DNA of 64,000 bases, taken from assembly GCF_001194135.2 (NCBI RefSeq), contig NC_068992.1, positions 4,238,939 through 4,302,938 on the forward strand. The letters run 5' to 3'. The stretch is from Octopus bimaculoides (Eukaryota). Under the pieces are notes generated by a model, which saw nothing but the letters and a program-made list of their open reading frames with translations, did no database searches and was not told where the DNA came from. Shown here piece after piece: positions 10,901 to 24,801 of the stretch. How positions within the stretch are numbered: the stretch's first letter is position 1; each line of letters opens with the position of its first letter. A program made the position numbers and the translations under genes.

Positions 10901-12697
10901 TAAAGAAAATTGGAGCAAGACAGAGAGAGAAACTGAGAATTCAATAAAAGGAAGTGGGAAAATTACAGAGAAGCTGAGAGAGAAATAGTTGAACGTCTTT
11001 AAATGGCGTTTCTGTTCTTCACTCTAAATCTTCTACTTTAATACTGTAATAACCACTCTATTACAACGCTCTCTATTAAAAAAAACAACAACAACACCAA
11101 CAAAACAATCTCTTTTCTTGAACCCTGCATATTTTTACCTCAAGGCTACTTCGAACCCAAAGTTTTTTCTTCATGCATTATTCTGGAACAACTTCGAATT
11201 TTGGAGTAAATTTTAGAAAAGTTTGTTTAGCAGCGAGACGGGTATCGACGCTCATAGATATGGACATGCACGCACACATAATACATCTATTTATTTAATT
11301 GAATGTATGTATGAATGTATATGTGTATATATATATGCATATATACATTACATATTTGTATGCATTACACCCACGCATACGCACATGTTACGTATATGTA
11401 CAATAACAAAAATGAATAGATGCATGGCTATGCATGTAAATGAGATCTCGTAACTCTATAAATGAGCAAATTTTAGACCGCTCACACAGACTCTCAAACC
11501 CCTACGTCTACACATTTACATATGTCAAACGTTGTACACTTTGTAGCGCGACCTTTTAAATCATGTCATTTCACGTCCGTTTACAATTTTGTCTTAATTA
11601 TCCGGAATTCCTGCCTAGCCTTGACCCCTAAATCTATGCCAATCAAGCTTCTGTTTCGATGTGATTCTAATGTAAAATAAACGCAGTAACATGCTGATAT
11701 AAGTTGATATATTCTTTCACGCAAATAGCTGTATAATATGTCGTGATCAAGGCAGCGATCTGGTGGTGTCGTTACGACATCGGACAAAATTCCTGTTCTA
11801 TTTACTCGTTCCTTTTGCGTTGTAAGTTCAAATCGCACCGCAGCATATTTGAATGGTTGATTTAATCCAATTTTATCTCAGTGACTGGTCTTTGCTTTCA
11901 TTTAGGGATGTCAACTGTGTTTGCAAACCTTCAGTTTATGTCCTCAGTGGCGTAGCTGGATTTGGCTGTTATTTCTAGCATATAGAGCTACAGATTTTTT
12001 TTCTCTGTACCTCTCCCCTGTTCCTGTTTCCCATTATGTTTGCAACCCACGTATTGTCAGAAAAATGTACTCTTGTATACACCACAATCTATTGCCCAAC
12101 ATTAGCAGCTTTGTATTAAATTAATATCAGAATGTTTAAAATCCGCATTAAGGGGAAAAAAATCTAGCAAATACAAAATTTAACTTCCTAAGAACAGTTT
12201 CCTATTTTCAACCTCAAATTTCCTCTTAGATACTTCAAATTCACTCAGGGGTTAAAATTAAGAACTTAAAATGCAGAGAACTTTTGGTGAAACCTAACAA
12301 TCATCTTATAAAGCTGTTGACGTAAGACCGCTTCCGCAACCCACTCCCCATCACAAATTTCCACAATTATTAGATATTTCTACTAACGTGTTACTTCACC
12401 TGTTACTCATGCTAAAGTTATTTCTTACTCTTCCGTCTGTTCATTTGTAAACTAGGTACTGTCAACCTCGAGCCACACACCTACCTGTGCAGATAATAGC
12501 ACCTCAACGCCCTGCTTTTGTCATTTTGTCATTCACACGCAAATCTCGTCCATGCGGAACTTCCTTATTTCCGACCAGGGTTAGTAATAAGGAAACTAAA
12601 GTTTCAAAGATAGTACGCAATTATATAAATAGGCACAGGGATGGGCTAAATGATTACGAAACTCAATTTGCAACCACAAGGCAGACCAATGCATTTT

Positions 12698-12734
12698 GAG
12701 TGAATTTGGTAAACGGAAACTGTGTGGAAGCCGG

Positions 12735-12737
<3 letters not shown>
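12698..12737 (+). mobile_element. SINE family B body end followed by (TA)n(TG)n
   Basis: GAGTGAATTTGGTAAACGGAAACTG...GAAGCCGGTC. Confidence 0.7.
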
Positions 12738-12794
<57 letters not shown>

Positions 12795-12810
12795 ATATAT
12801 ATTCTTTTAA

Positions 12811-12963
12811 TCTTTTATTTGTTTCAGTCATTTGACTGCGGCAATTACTGGAGCACCGCCTTTAGTCGAACAAATCGACCCCAGGACTTGTCGGTCTCTT
12901 TTGCCGAACCGCTAAGTTACAGGGACGAAAACCCACCAACACCAGTTGTCAAGCGATGCTAGG
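12811..12963 (-). mobile_element. SINE B/C 3' module
   Basis: TTTCAGTCATTTGACTGCGG...GGAGCACCGCCTTTAGTCGA...GCCGAACCGCTAAGTTAC...GTTGTCAAGCGATG; same as 28036-28230. Confidence 0.85.
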
Positions 12964-12970
12964 GTATCTA

Positions 12971-13009
<39 letters not shown>

Positions 13010-13378
13010 GTCTGTTTGTCTGTCTGTATATTTATCGATCTATCCATCGATCAAACAATGATCTTTGGCAAATAATTCCCCATGTTATTTCTTCACACAT
13101 TCTCTTTTGTGTTAGCTCTCTGTCTCTCCCGTTCGTTTTCTTACTCTCTCACGTACATATACACACGTTCGCACACGCACACATGCGCAGAAATACAGAC
13201 TCTCATACTAATCCCATTACATGCCCTGTACCATTTCCCTTGTTCATTCTGGTATTTTTCCCCAGGGTTCTTATGCAAGAGAATCCGCACCCGCGAGATG
13301 TTTGGATGAATACCATATTTATAATACATTTGAGAGAAATGAGCGCAAACTGAAAGGAAATGAAGCGAAATGTATACA

Positions 13379-13380
<2 letters not shown>

Positions 13381-13444
<64 letters not shown>

Positions 13445-13712
13445 TACATACGCACATACAGAGACACGTACACATGAACAAATTGGCGTAACCATCCTCG
13501 TGCATACACACACACATACATACATACATACATACATACATACATACATGCATGCATGCATGCATGCATACATACATACATACATACATACACACATACA
13601 CACACACACACATATATATATAAGAATGTATATGTATATTGTATACATATATTTATGCGCACATTTCTCTATATATATATCTATACATATATACATGGCT
13701 ATGTATACATAC

Positions 13713-13768
<56 letters not shown>
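13381..13768. repeat. (CA)n/(TACA)n/(TA)n compound microsatellite
   Basis: Directly visible; abuts a gap. Confidence 0.95.
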
Positions 13769-14710
13769 NNNNNNNNNNNNNNNNNNNNNNNNNNNNNNNN
13801 NNNNNNNNNNNNNNNNNNNNNNNNNNNNNNNNNNNNNNNNNNNNNNNNNNNNNNNNNNNNNNNNNNNNNNNNNNNNNNNNNNNNNNNNNNNNNNNNNNNN
13901 NNNNNNNNNNNNNNNNNNNNNNNNNNNNNNNNNNNNNNNNNNNNNNNNNNNNNNNNNNNNNNNNNNNNNNNNNNNNNNNNNNNNNNNNNNNNNNNNNNNN
14001 NNNNNNNNNNNNNNNNNNNNNNNNNNNNNNNNNNNNNNNNNNNNNNNNNNNNNNNNNNNNNNNNNNNNNNNNNNNNNNNNNNNNNNNNNNNNNNNNNNNN
14101 NNNNNNNNNNNNNNNNNNNNNNNNNNNNNNNNNNNNNNNNNNNNNNNNNNNNNNNNNNNNNNNNNNNNNNNNNNNNNNNNNNNNNNNNNNNNNNNNNNNN
14201 NNNNNNNNNNNNNNNNNNNNNNNNNNNNNNNNNNNNNNNNNNNNNNNNNNNNNNNNNNNNNNNNNNNNNNNNNNNNNNNNNNNNNNNNNNNNNNNNNNNN
14301 NNNNNNNNNNNNNNNNNNNNNNNNNNNNNNNNNNNNNNNNNNNNNNNNNNNNNNNNNNNNNNNNNNNNNNNNNNNNNNNNNNNNNNNNNNNNNNNNNNNN
14401 NNNNNNNNNNNNNNNNNNNNNNNNNNNNNNNNNNNNNNNNNNNNNNNNNNNNNNNNNNNNNNNNNNNNNNNNNNNNNNNNNNNNNNNNNNNNNNNNNNNN
14501 NNNNNNNNNNNNNNNNNNNNNNNNNNNNNNNNNNNNNNNNNNNNNNNNNNNNNNNNNNNNNNNNNNNNNNNNNNNNNNNNNNNNNNNNNNNNNNNNNNNN
14601 NNNNNNNNNNNNNNNNNNNNNNNNNNNNNNNNNNNNNNNNNNNNNNNNNNNNNNNNNNNNNNNNNNNNNNNNNNNNNNNNNNNNNNNNNNNNNNNNNNNN
14701 NNNNNNNNNN

Positions 14711-14768
<58 letters not shown>

Positions 14769-15197
14769 GGCAGACAGACAAATAATATATATATATATTT
14801 ATTTATGCATAAACTATTACTTATTCGTATATGCTCGTAAACCAGCTGAAATAACCAGATAGTAACGAAGTAGACAGCCTTCCAAAGTGATTCCCTGTCA
14901 ACACCCTCACACACCCATCCTCAATAATATCTACCACCCCATTCCATCCCATCTCCACTCCAACCACAACCACCGCATCGACTTCAAATATAACCACATC
15001 CCACAGCTAACACTTAAGCATCCTCAGAGTATATATAGAGCCAGAGAAAAATGTAGACGAAACAATAACATCAATGAGAACATTAGCAGTAAAGCTATCA
15101 CGTCGATGGACGCCATCTTTGCCAGGAAACGGCGATTACCGCTGCATTTATTATTAATGCTAACGGCATTATCGTCACCCCCAAATCCCGCCACAGA

Positions 15198-15260
<63 letters not shown>

Positions 15261-15269
15261 CGTCTACGA

Positions 15270-15271
<2 letters not shown>

Positions 15272-15315
<44 letters not shown>

Positions 15316-15487
15316 TCGAAACGTACCTTAGGAATGAGTACCCAGGTTCGAAAATTCCCTAAGACACCTGATGAAGGCTGGAGGGTATATCAGCCGAAAC
15401 GTTGTGTTAACAACAAACAAGATGAGGACAAATATCCATCAAATGTAAATAATGTACATAATTCCTCATCTCTTAAATATAGAACTG
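15272..15487 (+). mobile_element. Hammerhead-bearing repeat (HHR family 1), headless copy: (AAT)n plus tail
   Basis: Highly similar to 27694-27918 (ACATCGAA..ACCTTAGGAATGAG..CAGGTT..CCTGATGAAGGCTGG..AACAAACAAGATGAGGA.AAATATCCATCAAATGTAAATAAT..TCTTAAATATAGA.CTG). Confidence 0.85.
15363..15408 (+). ncRNA. Minimal type-I hammerhead ribozyme with intact core
   Basis: GACAC-CTGATGA-A-GGCTG-[10 nt]-CAGCC-GAAAC-GT-T-GTGTT. Helix I GACAC/GUGUU, helix II GGCUG/CAGCC, palindromic helix III AACGUU; predicted cleavage after 15403. Confidence 0.8.
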
Positions 15488-15526
15488 TATATTTATTCAT
15501 TTATAAGACGTTTATTTTTTTTCACA

Positions 15527-15672
15527 TTCCGTCTACGAAATCCACTTACAATATTTTGGTTCACCCGGACCTACAACAGAGGAAATTACTGCAAGGTGCC
15601 ATGCAGTGGGTTTGAACTCGAAACCATTTGGTTTAGAAAGCAACTTCTTACCATACAAACGTACCTGCGCCT
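15527..15672 (-). mobile_element. SINE family B (degenerate)
   Basis: TTCCGTCTACGAAATCCACTTACAA...CAAGGTGCCATGCAGTGGGTTTGAACTC...TTCTTACCATACA...CCTGCGCC. Confidence 0.8.
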
Positions 15673-16215
15673 AAATATAACGAATAGCAATAACGAAGTT
15701 ATTAAAATGTTTCGTTAGAAATATTTAATTAGTCCTGATATTTCGAGTTAATAAATGTTTATCCTGAAATATTTGGTCTAATTGAATATTTATTTCTTAT
15801 ATCATTGTTGTTGTTAGTTTTTACATTTGGTTCCGTTTTGAGGCATCGCAATATTTGTAGATTCATCCTCATCTTTCTTCTGCCAGATGTGCATTGAGGG
15901 CGATGTGGAATATATACATACATACATAAACACACATACACACAGAAAAACATACATGTAATGTGAACAGTGAAAATGTTTTGATTTGTGGGAATAACCA
16001 GGTTCCGGCCTACATATGCATAAATGTGTCTACGTAAAAGACATTTTAAGGTCCACAAAGATCAGAACTTATCTGCAGCTCTTGGTGTGTTTTGAAAACG
16101 TTGCCTTAAAAAGCCATATCAGATGCCGTGATGGTTCTGAGATGTAGGTACAGGAGGTGGTCAAACGCTGCATAAGGAGTAGACAACCATCATATATGTA
16201 TGTATGTATGTAAAG

Positions 16216-16252
<37 letters not shown>

Positions 16253-16861
16253 AAGAAGACACTGGATAACTACACACATTACGGACCACATGTTGAGCCT
16301 TAGAAACGACTTGCGTTGTTATACTACAAATTGATCACTTTTCTCTTCTTGAAAAAACATAACTTGTCGAGGTTGTTAAGCAGTTACTGCCATAGGCAAG
16401 TGGGTTGTCTTGCAGTTTACTCTCGTTAAAATAGTGATAGTACATTGCGAGAGAAGCTACAAGTGATAGTGAGATGCCAATATTTCATAAAACCTCTTTG
16501 ATATTCGATGTCTGGGCTTCCTATGTGGATGTCTGCAGCTTCTATACGCATGAAGCTGTCAACTAATCGTTCACTTTTGTTGATCTAAGCAATGATAGCA
16601 TCTATTCACAGACCATAGAAGGGCGTTAGATGAACAGACTATAGAAGAGCGATAGATAAACTCAACGAAGAAACTTAGTCGACAATTTGGGATTAGCGAT
16701 GATATATTTATATCATATCTTCATAGTCATGTGGGGCGAAGAAGATTTACTCTCCCCGAATTTCATTTTGTGCATCAGTGACCGTTGTGTTATTCCGTAC
16801 GTGAGATTGTTTCGATGTTATATAAACTACATGCACGGTTTTCATGTTATATTGAATATAT

Positions 16862-17142
16862 CTCGCGATCACGTGACCGACCAGACCATTAGGTGTTGTT
16901 ATTGTTGTCACACATTGCTGGCCACAATGCTCTTTGCATCGCTTTGGCCTTCGAATGACGCCACCCCACTAGATGGGCGAGCAGGCCAAATTTTATCCCA
17001 CCCCCGATCGAAAGGGAGGGAAAGGAGCATTGTGAAATGGAGTGTTTTGCTGAAGAACACGACGCGCTGCGCGGTCTGGGAATTGAACCTATATTCTAGC
17101 GATCGTGAGTGCAACAACCTAACCAATGGACCATGTTCCTTC
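16862..17142 (-). mobile_element. tRNA-derived SINE family D, tail type 3
   Basis: Minus-strand head TTGGTTAGGTTGTTGCACTCACGATC...GGTTCAATTCCCAGACC and core GTGTTCTTCAGCAAAACACT..TTTCACAATGCTCC, followed by a tail unrelated to types 1 and 2. Confidence 0.75.
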
Positions 17143-18019
17143 GCATATTAAATATACGTATGTGTTATTCATTGGCTGCATGAAATTGCAATAACGGGAC
17201 GTCGGTTTCTATCAAAATTTACTTTCATTTTTTTAAGACAATTTACGTTCACATTTTTACGAGGGTAAAGTGCATCTTAACCGTCAAGTGCTCCTATGAT
17301 TATTGGTATAATAAACTGGGTAGAGACGCTGCAGTTTTCGAAGTAGTTGTCCACAATGCTCTCTTTCTCACTGATTTTGCAAGAAATGTTCACATCTGCA
17401 GGGTAGCTGACTTTTATGTCCGTACATGATTCGTTTTGTGAGCTTATATGTATGTATATTTGAGTGTTTGTAAGTACGTACATACATTTGTACGTGCATC
17501 TGTATGAATGAATGTATGTATGTATGTATGTATGTATGTATGTATGTATGTATGTATTTATGTATGTATGTATGCGTGTATGAATGCATGTATGTATGTG
17601 TATGGCTGTGCCTTGCTTTATATGTATGAGAACGTTTCTTAAGAAACAACAAAGAAACACTAAAAGACCAATCCTTTTTGTCGCTTCTTTTTTTTGTATT
17701 TTTTTTTTATTTTCAGTTTTCTTTAAAAATTTTGTCTTTATTTTTTACGCTGTAGTAGTGTTTTTCTTTTAATATTTTAAAGGCTGAGAATATAAACGAA
17801 CTGCTAATGTATGTATTTTGTACGCCTTAAATAAATAATTACATTCTGCATCACACCATATCACACTACACAAGAGATTTATACTTAATTCAACATACAT
17901 ACCGAGGCATTGGCATAAATTTATACGCCATTTCTTTTACATCACACGAATATTCGTCATTTCCCACCACATAATAAGGACGATTTGAGAACTGGTGCAT
18001 TATTTTGTCAATACTAGAG

Positions 18020-18402
18020 GGAAAAATGGCCAAGTCGACCACGGTGGGATTTGACTTTAGAATATAAAAATCCGGACTAAAACCCGCAGCGCAATTAGTC
18101 TGATGCTCTAACGATCCCGCCTTATCAGCAATAGTAATAATCCTTTCCATTATAAGCACAAGGCCAGCAATTTGGGGGAGGCACTAATCGATTAAATCGA
18201 CCCCAGTACTTGACTGGTTTTTATTTCATCGACACCAAAAGGATGAAAGGCAAAGTTGGCATTTGCCGCATTTGAAATCAGAACATAAAGACGGACGAAA
18301 TTCTAGTAATCATTTTGACCCGTGTGCTAACGATTCCGCCAGTTCGCCACCTGACCAACAACAATAGTAATGGTTACTAAGGCGGCGAGCTGGCAGAAGC
18401 CA
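18020..18402 (-). mobile_element. SINE family A cluster: fragments at 18020-18130 (-) and 18153-18354 (-), head at 18379-18402 (+)
   Basis: Family A motifs ATCGACCCCAGTACTTGACTGG, GGATGAAAGGCAAAG, GCTAACGATTCCGCCAGTTCGCC and AAGGCGGCGAGCTGGCAGAA. Confidence 0.8.
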
Positions 18403-19636
18403 GAATATGTATGTATGTGTGTATGTATGTGTGTGTGTATGTGTGTATGTATGTATGTGTGTATGTGTGTATGTATGTATGTGTGTATGTATGAATGCAT
18501 GTATGTATGTATGTATGTATGTATGTATGAATGCATGTATGTATGTATGTATGTATATAATCTAAACTCACAGCTACCAAGAAACACCAAAACCTCATCT
18601 AAACGTAGCTCTGACCACTAAAAGCCGAAGAGCTACCATTATCTCAAAGATTCCGACGCTGACGGCAAATGTATCGTATAAAGTACAGCGATGTGAGGAA
18701 CAATACAAGCAATGTACGAGCATACACACACATCATAAGATGTAGAGAAATAGCCAAGAGGTTGAACGTGAACCACGTAACTTTAATAGCGTGAGTAAAG
18801 GTTCCTCTAGGCACTTACGGGATCTGCTATGTAGAGTGGCTAAATCTCTCTCCAAAATTACCCATGTAGTTTGTAATTTGAGATTGATTAAAAAATTATG
18901 AATGACTCATTGCATAAGATTTATTCTGAACAGGAACAACAAGAGCTACAATGAATACATAAATAGTTTACAGCGTAGCACAGTAGCAGAAAAACAAACA
19001 CTTTTCATGGAACTGAGAACTCTATATTGCCACTCATGATATTTACATAGCAAGAATAAAAGAAACTGAACCACAATCCCAGCACTGCTCGAATTCCAGA
19101 TTGTATTCCGATAAGGCAAAGAAATGCCAAGCCAAACTATGGTGGATGTTTCATAACATTCATCAAGTTTTGCATTCGATATGTAAATACTAAATATAAA
19201 AACAAATAGAGCATGACAATACACGAAAAATGTAATCATTGAAAATACAAACCTGTAACAGGAAGCGCATCAATATATTGAACGCCTGCGTCTACATGCT
19301 ACAAACCAGTCTTACCAGCTACCCCACTGAGCCGTATACCAAGCTGCAACACGTTAACACCCTGTATCTCAAAGCAACAACATCATTAGGAGATACCTCA
19401 ATGTACAAAGTATTCATCATTCACTTTTTTTTATAAATCACTCAAATTACAACCTACAGAAGAAATCTGAGAGATTTGGCTGCTATATCTAACAGATAGC
19501 GCGACTGTCAAGAGCAGGCGGCCGTAGCTTATTGAAGAAAATCCTTTCATTACGTTTATCTGATTTATATGATCTGCATTTTGGCTGTTTCCCTATACCT
19601 TATTCATGTTATGTTTGCTTGTTTGTACACAGCTTA

Positions 19637-19775
19637 TATTCTTTTTCTACGCTACGAACAAGGCCCGAAATTTTCGGAGAAGGGGGTGCAGTCAATTATA
19701 TCGACCCAGTATGCAACTGGTACTTAGTTTATAGACCCCGAAAGGATGAAAGCAAAGTCGACCTCGGTGGAATTG
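19637..19775 (-). mobile_element. SINE family A 3' part
   Basis: TATTCTTTTTCTAC...ACAAGGCCCGAAATTTT...ATCGACCCAGT..AACTGGTACTTA..GACCCCGAAAGGATGAAAG. Confidence 0.85.
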
Positions 19776-19884
19776 AGAGCTACAAATTTTTAATATAGCT
19801 GATTGTTTGCAATTTTAAAACCGGTTACTCTCTAAAGCACATGTCTCAAAGGATGAAAGATCGTACCCTAATATGATGAAGTGT

Positions 19885-20206
19885 GAAGGCGCGTGGCTTA
19901 GTGGTTAGGGCATTGGGCTCACGATTGTAAGGTTGTGAGTTCACTTCCCGGCGACGCGTTGTTTCCTTGAGCAAGACACTTTATTTCACGTTGCTCCAGT
20001 CCAATCAACTGGAAAAAATGAGTTGTACCTGTATTTCAAAGGGCCGGCATTGTCACACTCTGTGTCACGTTGAATCTCCCTGAGAACTACGTTAGGGGGA
20101 CACGTGACTGTGGATTGCTCAGTCACTTTCACGTTAATTTCACGAGCAAGCTGTTCCGTTGATCGTATCAGCTGGGACCCTCGTCATCGTAACCGACGGA
20201 GTGCTC
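19885..20206 (+). mobile_element. tRNA-derived SINE family D, tail type 1, full length
   Basis: A box TGGCTTAGTGG, B box GAGTTCACTTCC, core CCTTGAGCAAGACACTTTATTTCACGTTGCTCCAGTCC, tail ending CGTAACCGACGGAGTGC; paralogous to 56790-57113. Confidence 0.9.
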
Positions 20207-20611
20207 CTCGATGAAGTAAAAGATCATCTCATATTTTTGTCAGGAATAGATGTCAGCGGAGGCTAGAAATTTAAGTCATTGTTTGCTTATCAATCTCATA
20301 TTCTCATGGCTGTTAAATGTTTCTCTCAATCAAAACTGCTTTTTGTATAAAAATCTCACGGAATAACTTGGATTAGAGAAGAATTGGTTTACTGCGTTGT
20401 TCACTTTAAATGCTACGCTGAGAAGTTTCACACTCATGAAACTTCTGCATTTTGGTTAAAGTGCCATCAGCGGTCACTATTCGACTTCTATCTCATAAAA
20501 TGTCATTGCACACGCCCTCATAGTTTTACAAATCTGTTGAGATCACATAGCCTGTGATAAACTATATTGAAGGCTTTCGCCAACTCAAAGTATGCCACAT
20601 CGACGTTTGAA

Positions 20612-20680
<69 letters not shown>

Positions 20681-21667
20681 GTCTGTGTGTGTGTATGTGT
20701 ATATACAAATTTATGTATATATATATATTTTCTTTATATATATATATNNNNNNNNNNNNNNNNNNNNNNNNNNNNNNNNNNNNNNNNNNNNNNNNNNNNN
20801 NNNNNNNNNNNNNNNNNNNNNNNNNNNNNNNNNNNNNNNNNNNNNNNNNNNNNNNNNNNNNNNNNNNNNNNNNNNNNNNNNNNNNNNNNNNNNNNNNNNN
20901 NNNNNNNNNNNNNNNNNNNNNNNNNNNNNNNNNNNNNNNNNNNNNNNNNNNNNNNNNNNNNNNNNNNNNNNNNNNNNNNNNNNNNNNNNNNNNNNNNNNN
21001 NNNNNNNNNNNNNNNNNNNNNNNNNNNNNNNNNNNNNNNNNNNNNNNNNNNNNNNNNNNNNNNNNNNNNNNNNNNNNNNNNNNNNNNNNNNNNNNNNNNN
21101 NNNNNNNNNNNNNNNNNNNNNNNNNNNNNNNNNNNNNNNNNNNNNNNNNNNNNNNNNNNNNNNNNNNNNNNNNNNNNNNNNNNNNNNNNNNNNNNNNNNN
21201 NNNNNNNNNNNNNNNNNNNNNNNNNNNNNNNNNNNNNNNNNNNNNNNNNNNNNNNNNNNNNNNNNNNNNNNNNNNNNNNNNNNNNNNNNNNNNNNNNNNN
21301 NNNNNNNNNNNNNNNNNNNNNNNNNNNNNNNNNNNNNNNNNNNNNNNNNNNNNNNNNNNNNNNNNNNNNNNNNNNNNNNNNNNNNNNNNNNNNNNNNNNN
21401 NNNNNNNNNNNNNNNNNNNNNNNNNNNNNNNNNNNNNNNNNNNNNNNNNNTGGAAATCTTAGTTCAAATATTTGCTATCTTTAATAGGCAAAAATAGTTG
21501 AATCTCTCAGACTGTTTCCTCCAACGTCGCTCCTTCTCCGCCATATTTTGTGGCTGCCTGTATGTACTTCCCTTCCCCACTTACTTAGAACCAGATGTTC
21601 GATAATGAACAAAAAGTGAGGTGAATGACCTCAGCCGGGAAGATAATTTTCATAGACCATAATGACA

Positions 21668-21712
<45 letters not shown>

Positions 21713-21865
21713 AAGTTTATCTGTGTCTGTATACATGCACATGTGTTATTGTAACTTTCTGCGTGTGTCTCTGCGTGTGTGTGCGCGTGTATATGTGTGT
21801 GTGTGTGTGTGTGTGCGTGCATGTGTGTGTATATATTTGTGCATGTGTGTGCGTATGTGCGCGTC

Positions 21866-22015
21866 TAGGTGTGGTTAAGAACCTCGGTTAGTAACCATGC
21901 AGTTTTGAGTTCGCTCTCACTGCACACCACTTTGGGCAAGTGACTTCAACCATTGCGCCGCGCTGCCAATGTCTTGCAAGTGGAATTGGTAGACGGAAGA
22001 ACTGGAAGCCTGTTG
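21866..22015 (+). mobile_element. SINE family B (degenerate), followed by a microsatellite
   Basis: GTGTGGTTAAGAA...GAGTTCG...TTTGGGCAAGTGACTTC...GTGGAATTGGTAGACGGAA...GAAGCCTG. Confidence 0.75.
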
Positions 22016-22023
22016 TGTGTCTG

Positions 22024-22075
<52 letters not shown>

Positions 22076-22141
22076 CATACATACGTATACATATACATGT
22101 GTATATATACATATACATACGCGTACATATACACATGCTTA

Positions 22142-22205
<64 letters not shown>

Positions 22206-22305
22206 CGCATACATATACATATATATGTACATATATATATACATATGTACATATATACATACACATATATATAAATGTATATATAATGGAGAAATTGTAC
22301 AATAT

Positions 22306-22339
<34 letters not shown>

Positions 22340-22862
22340 TTGTGTGTCTGTGTATTTGTAACTTGTGGTAGCGTCGGTAGGTTGTGATAGGTATATGCTA
22401 AAACCAGTGGGTGACTCAATGAAATTACAAGTTCTGGATGTGCTGTTGTTATACACTATATTAGCTTGGCGCCCTGACAAGTAATTCGATACACAGGGTT
22501 TCGTGTTGTTTCTAAACTTGTTGACTCAATGTTGGTTCTTGAATGTGTTGATCTTATGATGTTCGTTTTGTTTCGGCTATAGCCTTCAAATCAGTACTGT
22601 ACGAGCAGACCACGGATCAAACAAATTCTTACCATAATCTGCCCTCTTTTTCTTACAGGCATAACGTACCCAGGACTTAATTATCCAGTGTAGACATCTC
22701 ATATTGATTTATGCAAATATTCAAGATAATATTCTGTAGTTAGAGGGTGATTTATTTGATATTTCTAGCAAATCGAAGAACCGCGATGGGGCTTCTTCGG
22801 AACGTGTAATTGATGTTAGTGGTGTTGTCCATGTTGCTAAGCGTATATATAAATATGAATGG

Positions 22863-22897
<35 letters not shown>

Positions 22898-22983
22898 NNN
22901 NNNNNNNNNNNNNNNNNNNNNNNNNNNNNNNNNNNNNNNNNNNNNNNNNNNNNNNTATATGTATGTATGTATGTATATATATG

Positions 22984-23028
<45 letters not shown>

Positions 23029-23102
23029 ATATATGTATATGTGTGTGTTTATGTAAACAGCAGGCTTCTTTCCGTCTACCAGATTCACAACCCCGCCTGC
23101 AC

Positions 23103-23141
<39 letters not shown>

Positions 23142-23664
23142 CGCACACACACGCACTCACTCACTCACATACACATATATATACACATGCACACTCATAT
23201 GTATGTTTTCATATAGGGGAAAACAGGCATATGCGTGTCTGTCTATGTGCATGTGTGTTTGTGTATGTGTGTGTGTCTGTGTGGGCTTGTGTGTACCATG
23301 AAGGAGAGAAACGAAAATAAAGAGAACAGCTTAGAAAGTTGTGGAGATTTTAGAGAGTGACGGACAGAAAGAGAGAGCGAATTATGTCGAGAGAAATAGT
23401 CTTTCACTGTTCCATAACTCTTTCGCTTCAGCTGTGTCTCTTTCGATTTCCATCCCCCCTCTCTCTTTCTCTCTGTCTTTCTCTCTGTTTTTCTCTCTCT
23501 CTCTTCGTCTCTCTACTATTATTCTTCCGTCTATTTGCCCCATCGTCCCGTCTGGTCGTCCATTCATTCCGTCTGTCTTTGTGCCCACTGTCCGATCAGC
23601 ATAAAATATGTCCGTTTCTGACCGACTCTGCCCCTCCTCTCTCTCTGAATATGCGTATGTGAGT

Positions 23665-23753
<89 letters not shown>

Positions 23754-23896
23754 ACAGAAAGAGTGCGTGTATATACATTATATATATATACACATATACA
23801 TGTTCATATAAACATACATATACGCACAGGCACATGCATATGGATCTTTGTATATGTGTGTGTATGTGTGTTTAGACAATGTTTCTGTATCCGTTC

Positions 23897-23972
<76 letters not shown>

Positions 23973-24619
23973 TGTTTGTGTGCGTGCAAACAAGTTTGTT
24001 AATATTTGATGAAAAATAAAATAAGACAAAAAACAAAGTGTCTGCTTTCACTTCTCCTTCCTCCATTCTCTCTCTCTCTCTCCCTCTCTCCCCCTCACTA
24101 TTTCTCTGTCTATCTGTCTGCCTGCCTGCCTGCCTCTCTGTCTCTCTCTGTCTCTGTCCCTGTCTCTGTCTGTCTCTCTATCCCCTCCTTATAATCTCTC
24201 TCTCTCTCTCCTTAACGCACTGCACCTGCGTGTGTTGTTTCTTTTTCTGTCTCTGTTCAGGAGTGAGAAAAGACCATTGACCTGATATGTGTAGGCTATG
24301 GAACTGTTGTCGCTAGTGTATCTATGTTGCGCCATTCATTCTCTAAATATATATATTATTTTCAAGTATTGCTACTTCAGACCCCATAATTAGGCAAACC
24401 CCTCCCCTTCACTTTCCTTAAATGTCCGGTTATGCAAAACAAAACAATTACATATTATTGACCTGTTTACTTTTTCTATATATATATATGTGTGTATTTG
24501 TTAATTTTTTAATTATTTTGTTTATTTGGTGCCTACAATGTAATTTCACTCCAAGCCTAATTGCTGCTAACAAAACCGTTTCTAGTTTTTTTTTCCTTTT
24601 TAGTTCGAAATAGAGAGGT

Positions 24620-24621
<2 letters not shown>

Positions 24622-24654
<33 letters not shown>

Positions 24655-24751
24655 ACGTCGTCATCATCATCAACGTCATCATCATTATTGTCAACATCAT
24701 CATCATCATCATCATCATCATCATAATCAACGTCATCATCATCATCGTCAA

Positions 24752-24801
<50 letters not shown>

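Noticed and set aside
13221-14914. Longest ORFs in the track (400-540 aa)
   Set aside because: They are mostly N-gap (X) plus dinucleotide repeats; the same holds for the ORFs at 20567, 29915, 47425, 49686, 52869 and 60617.
22570-22594. Hammerhead-like string on the minus strand (CTGATTTGA-A-GGC-TATA-GCC-GAAAC)
   Set aside because: There is a 2-nt insertion in the core, no GUH/helix III and no helix I partner; at best a dead relic, possibly chance.
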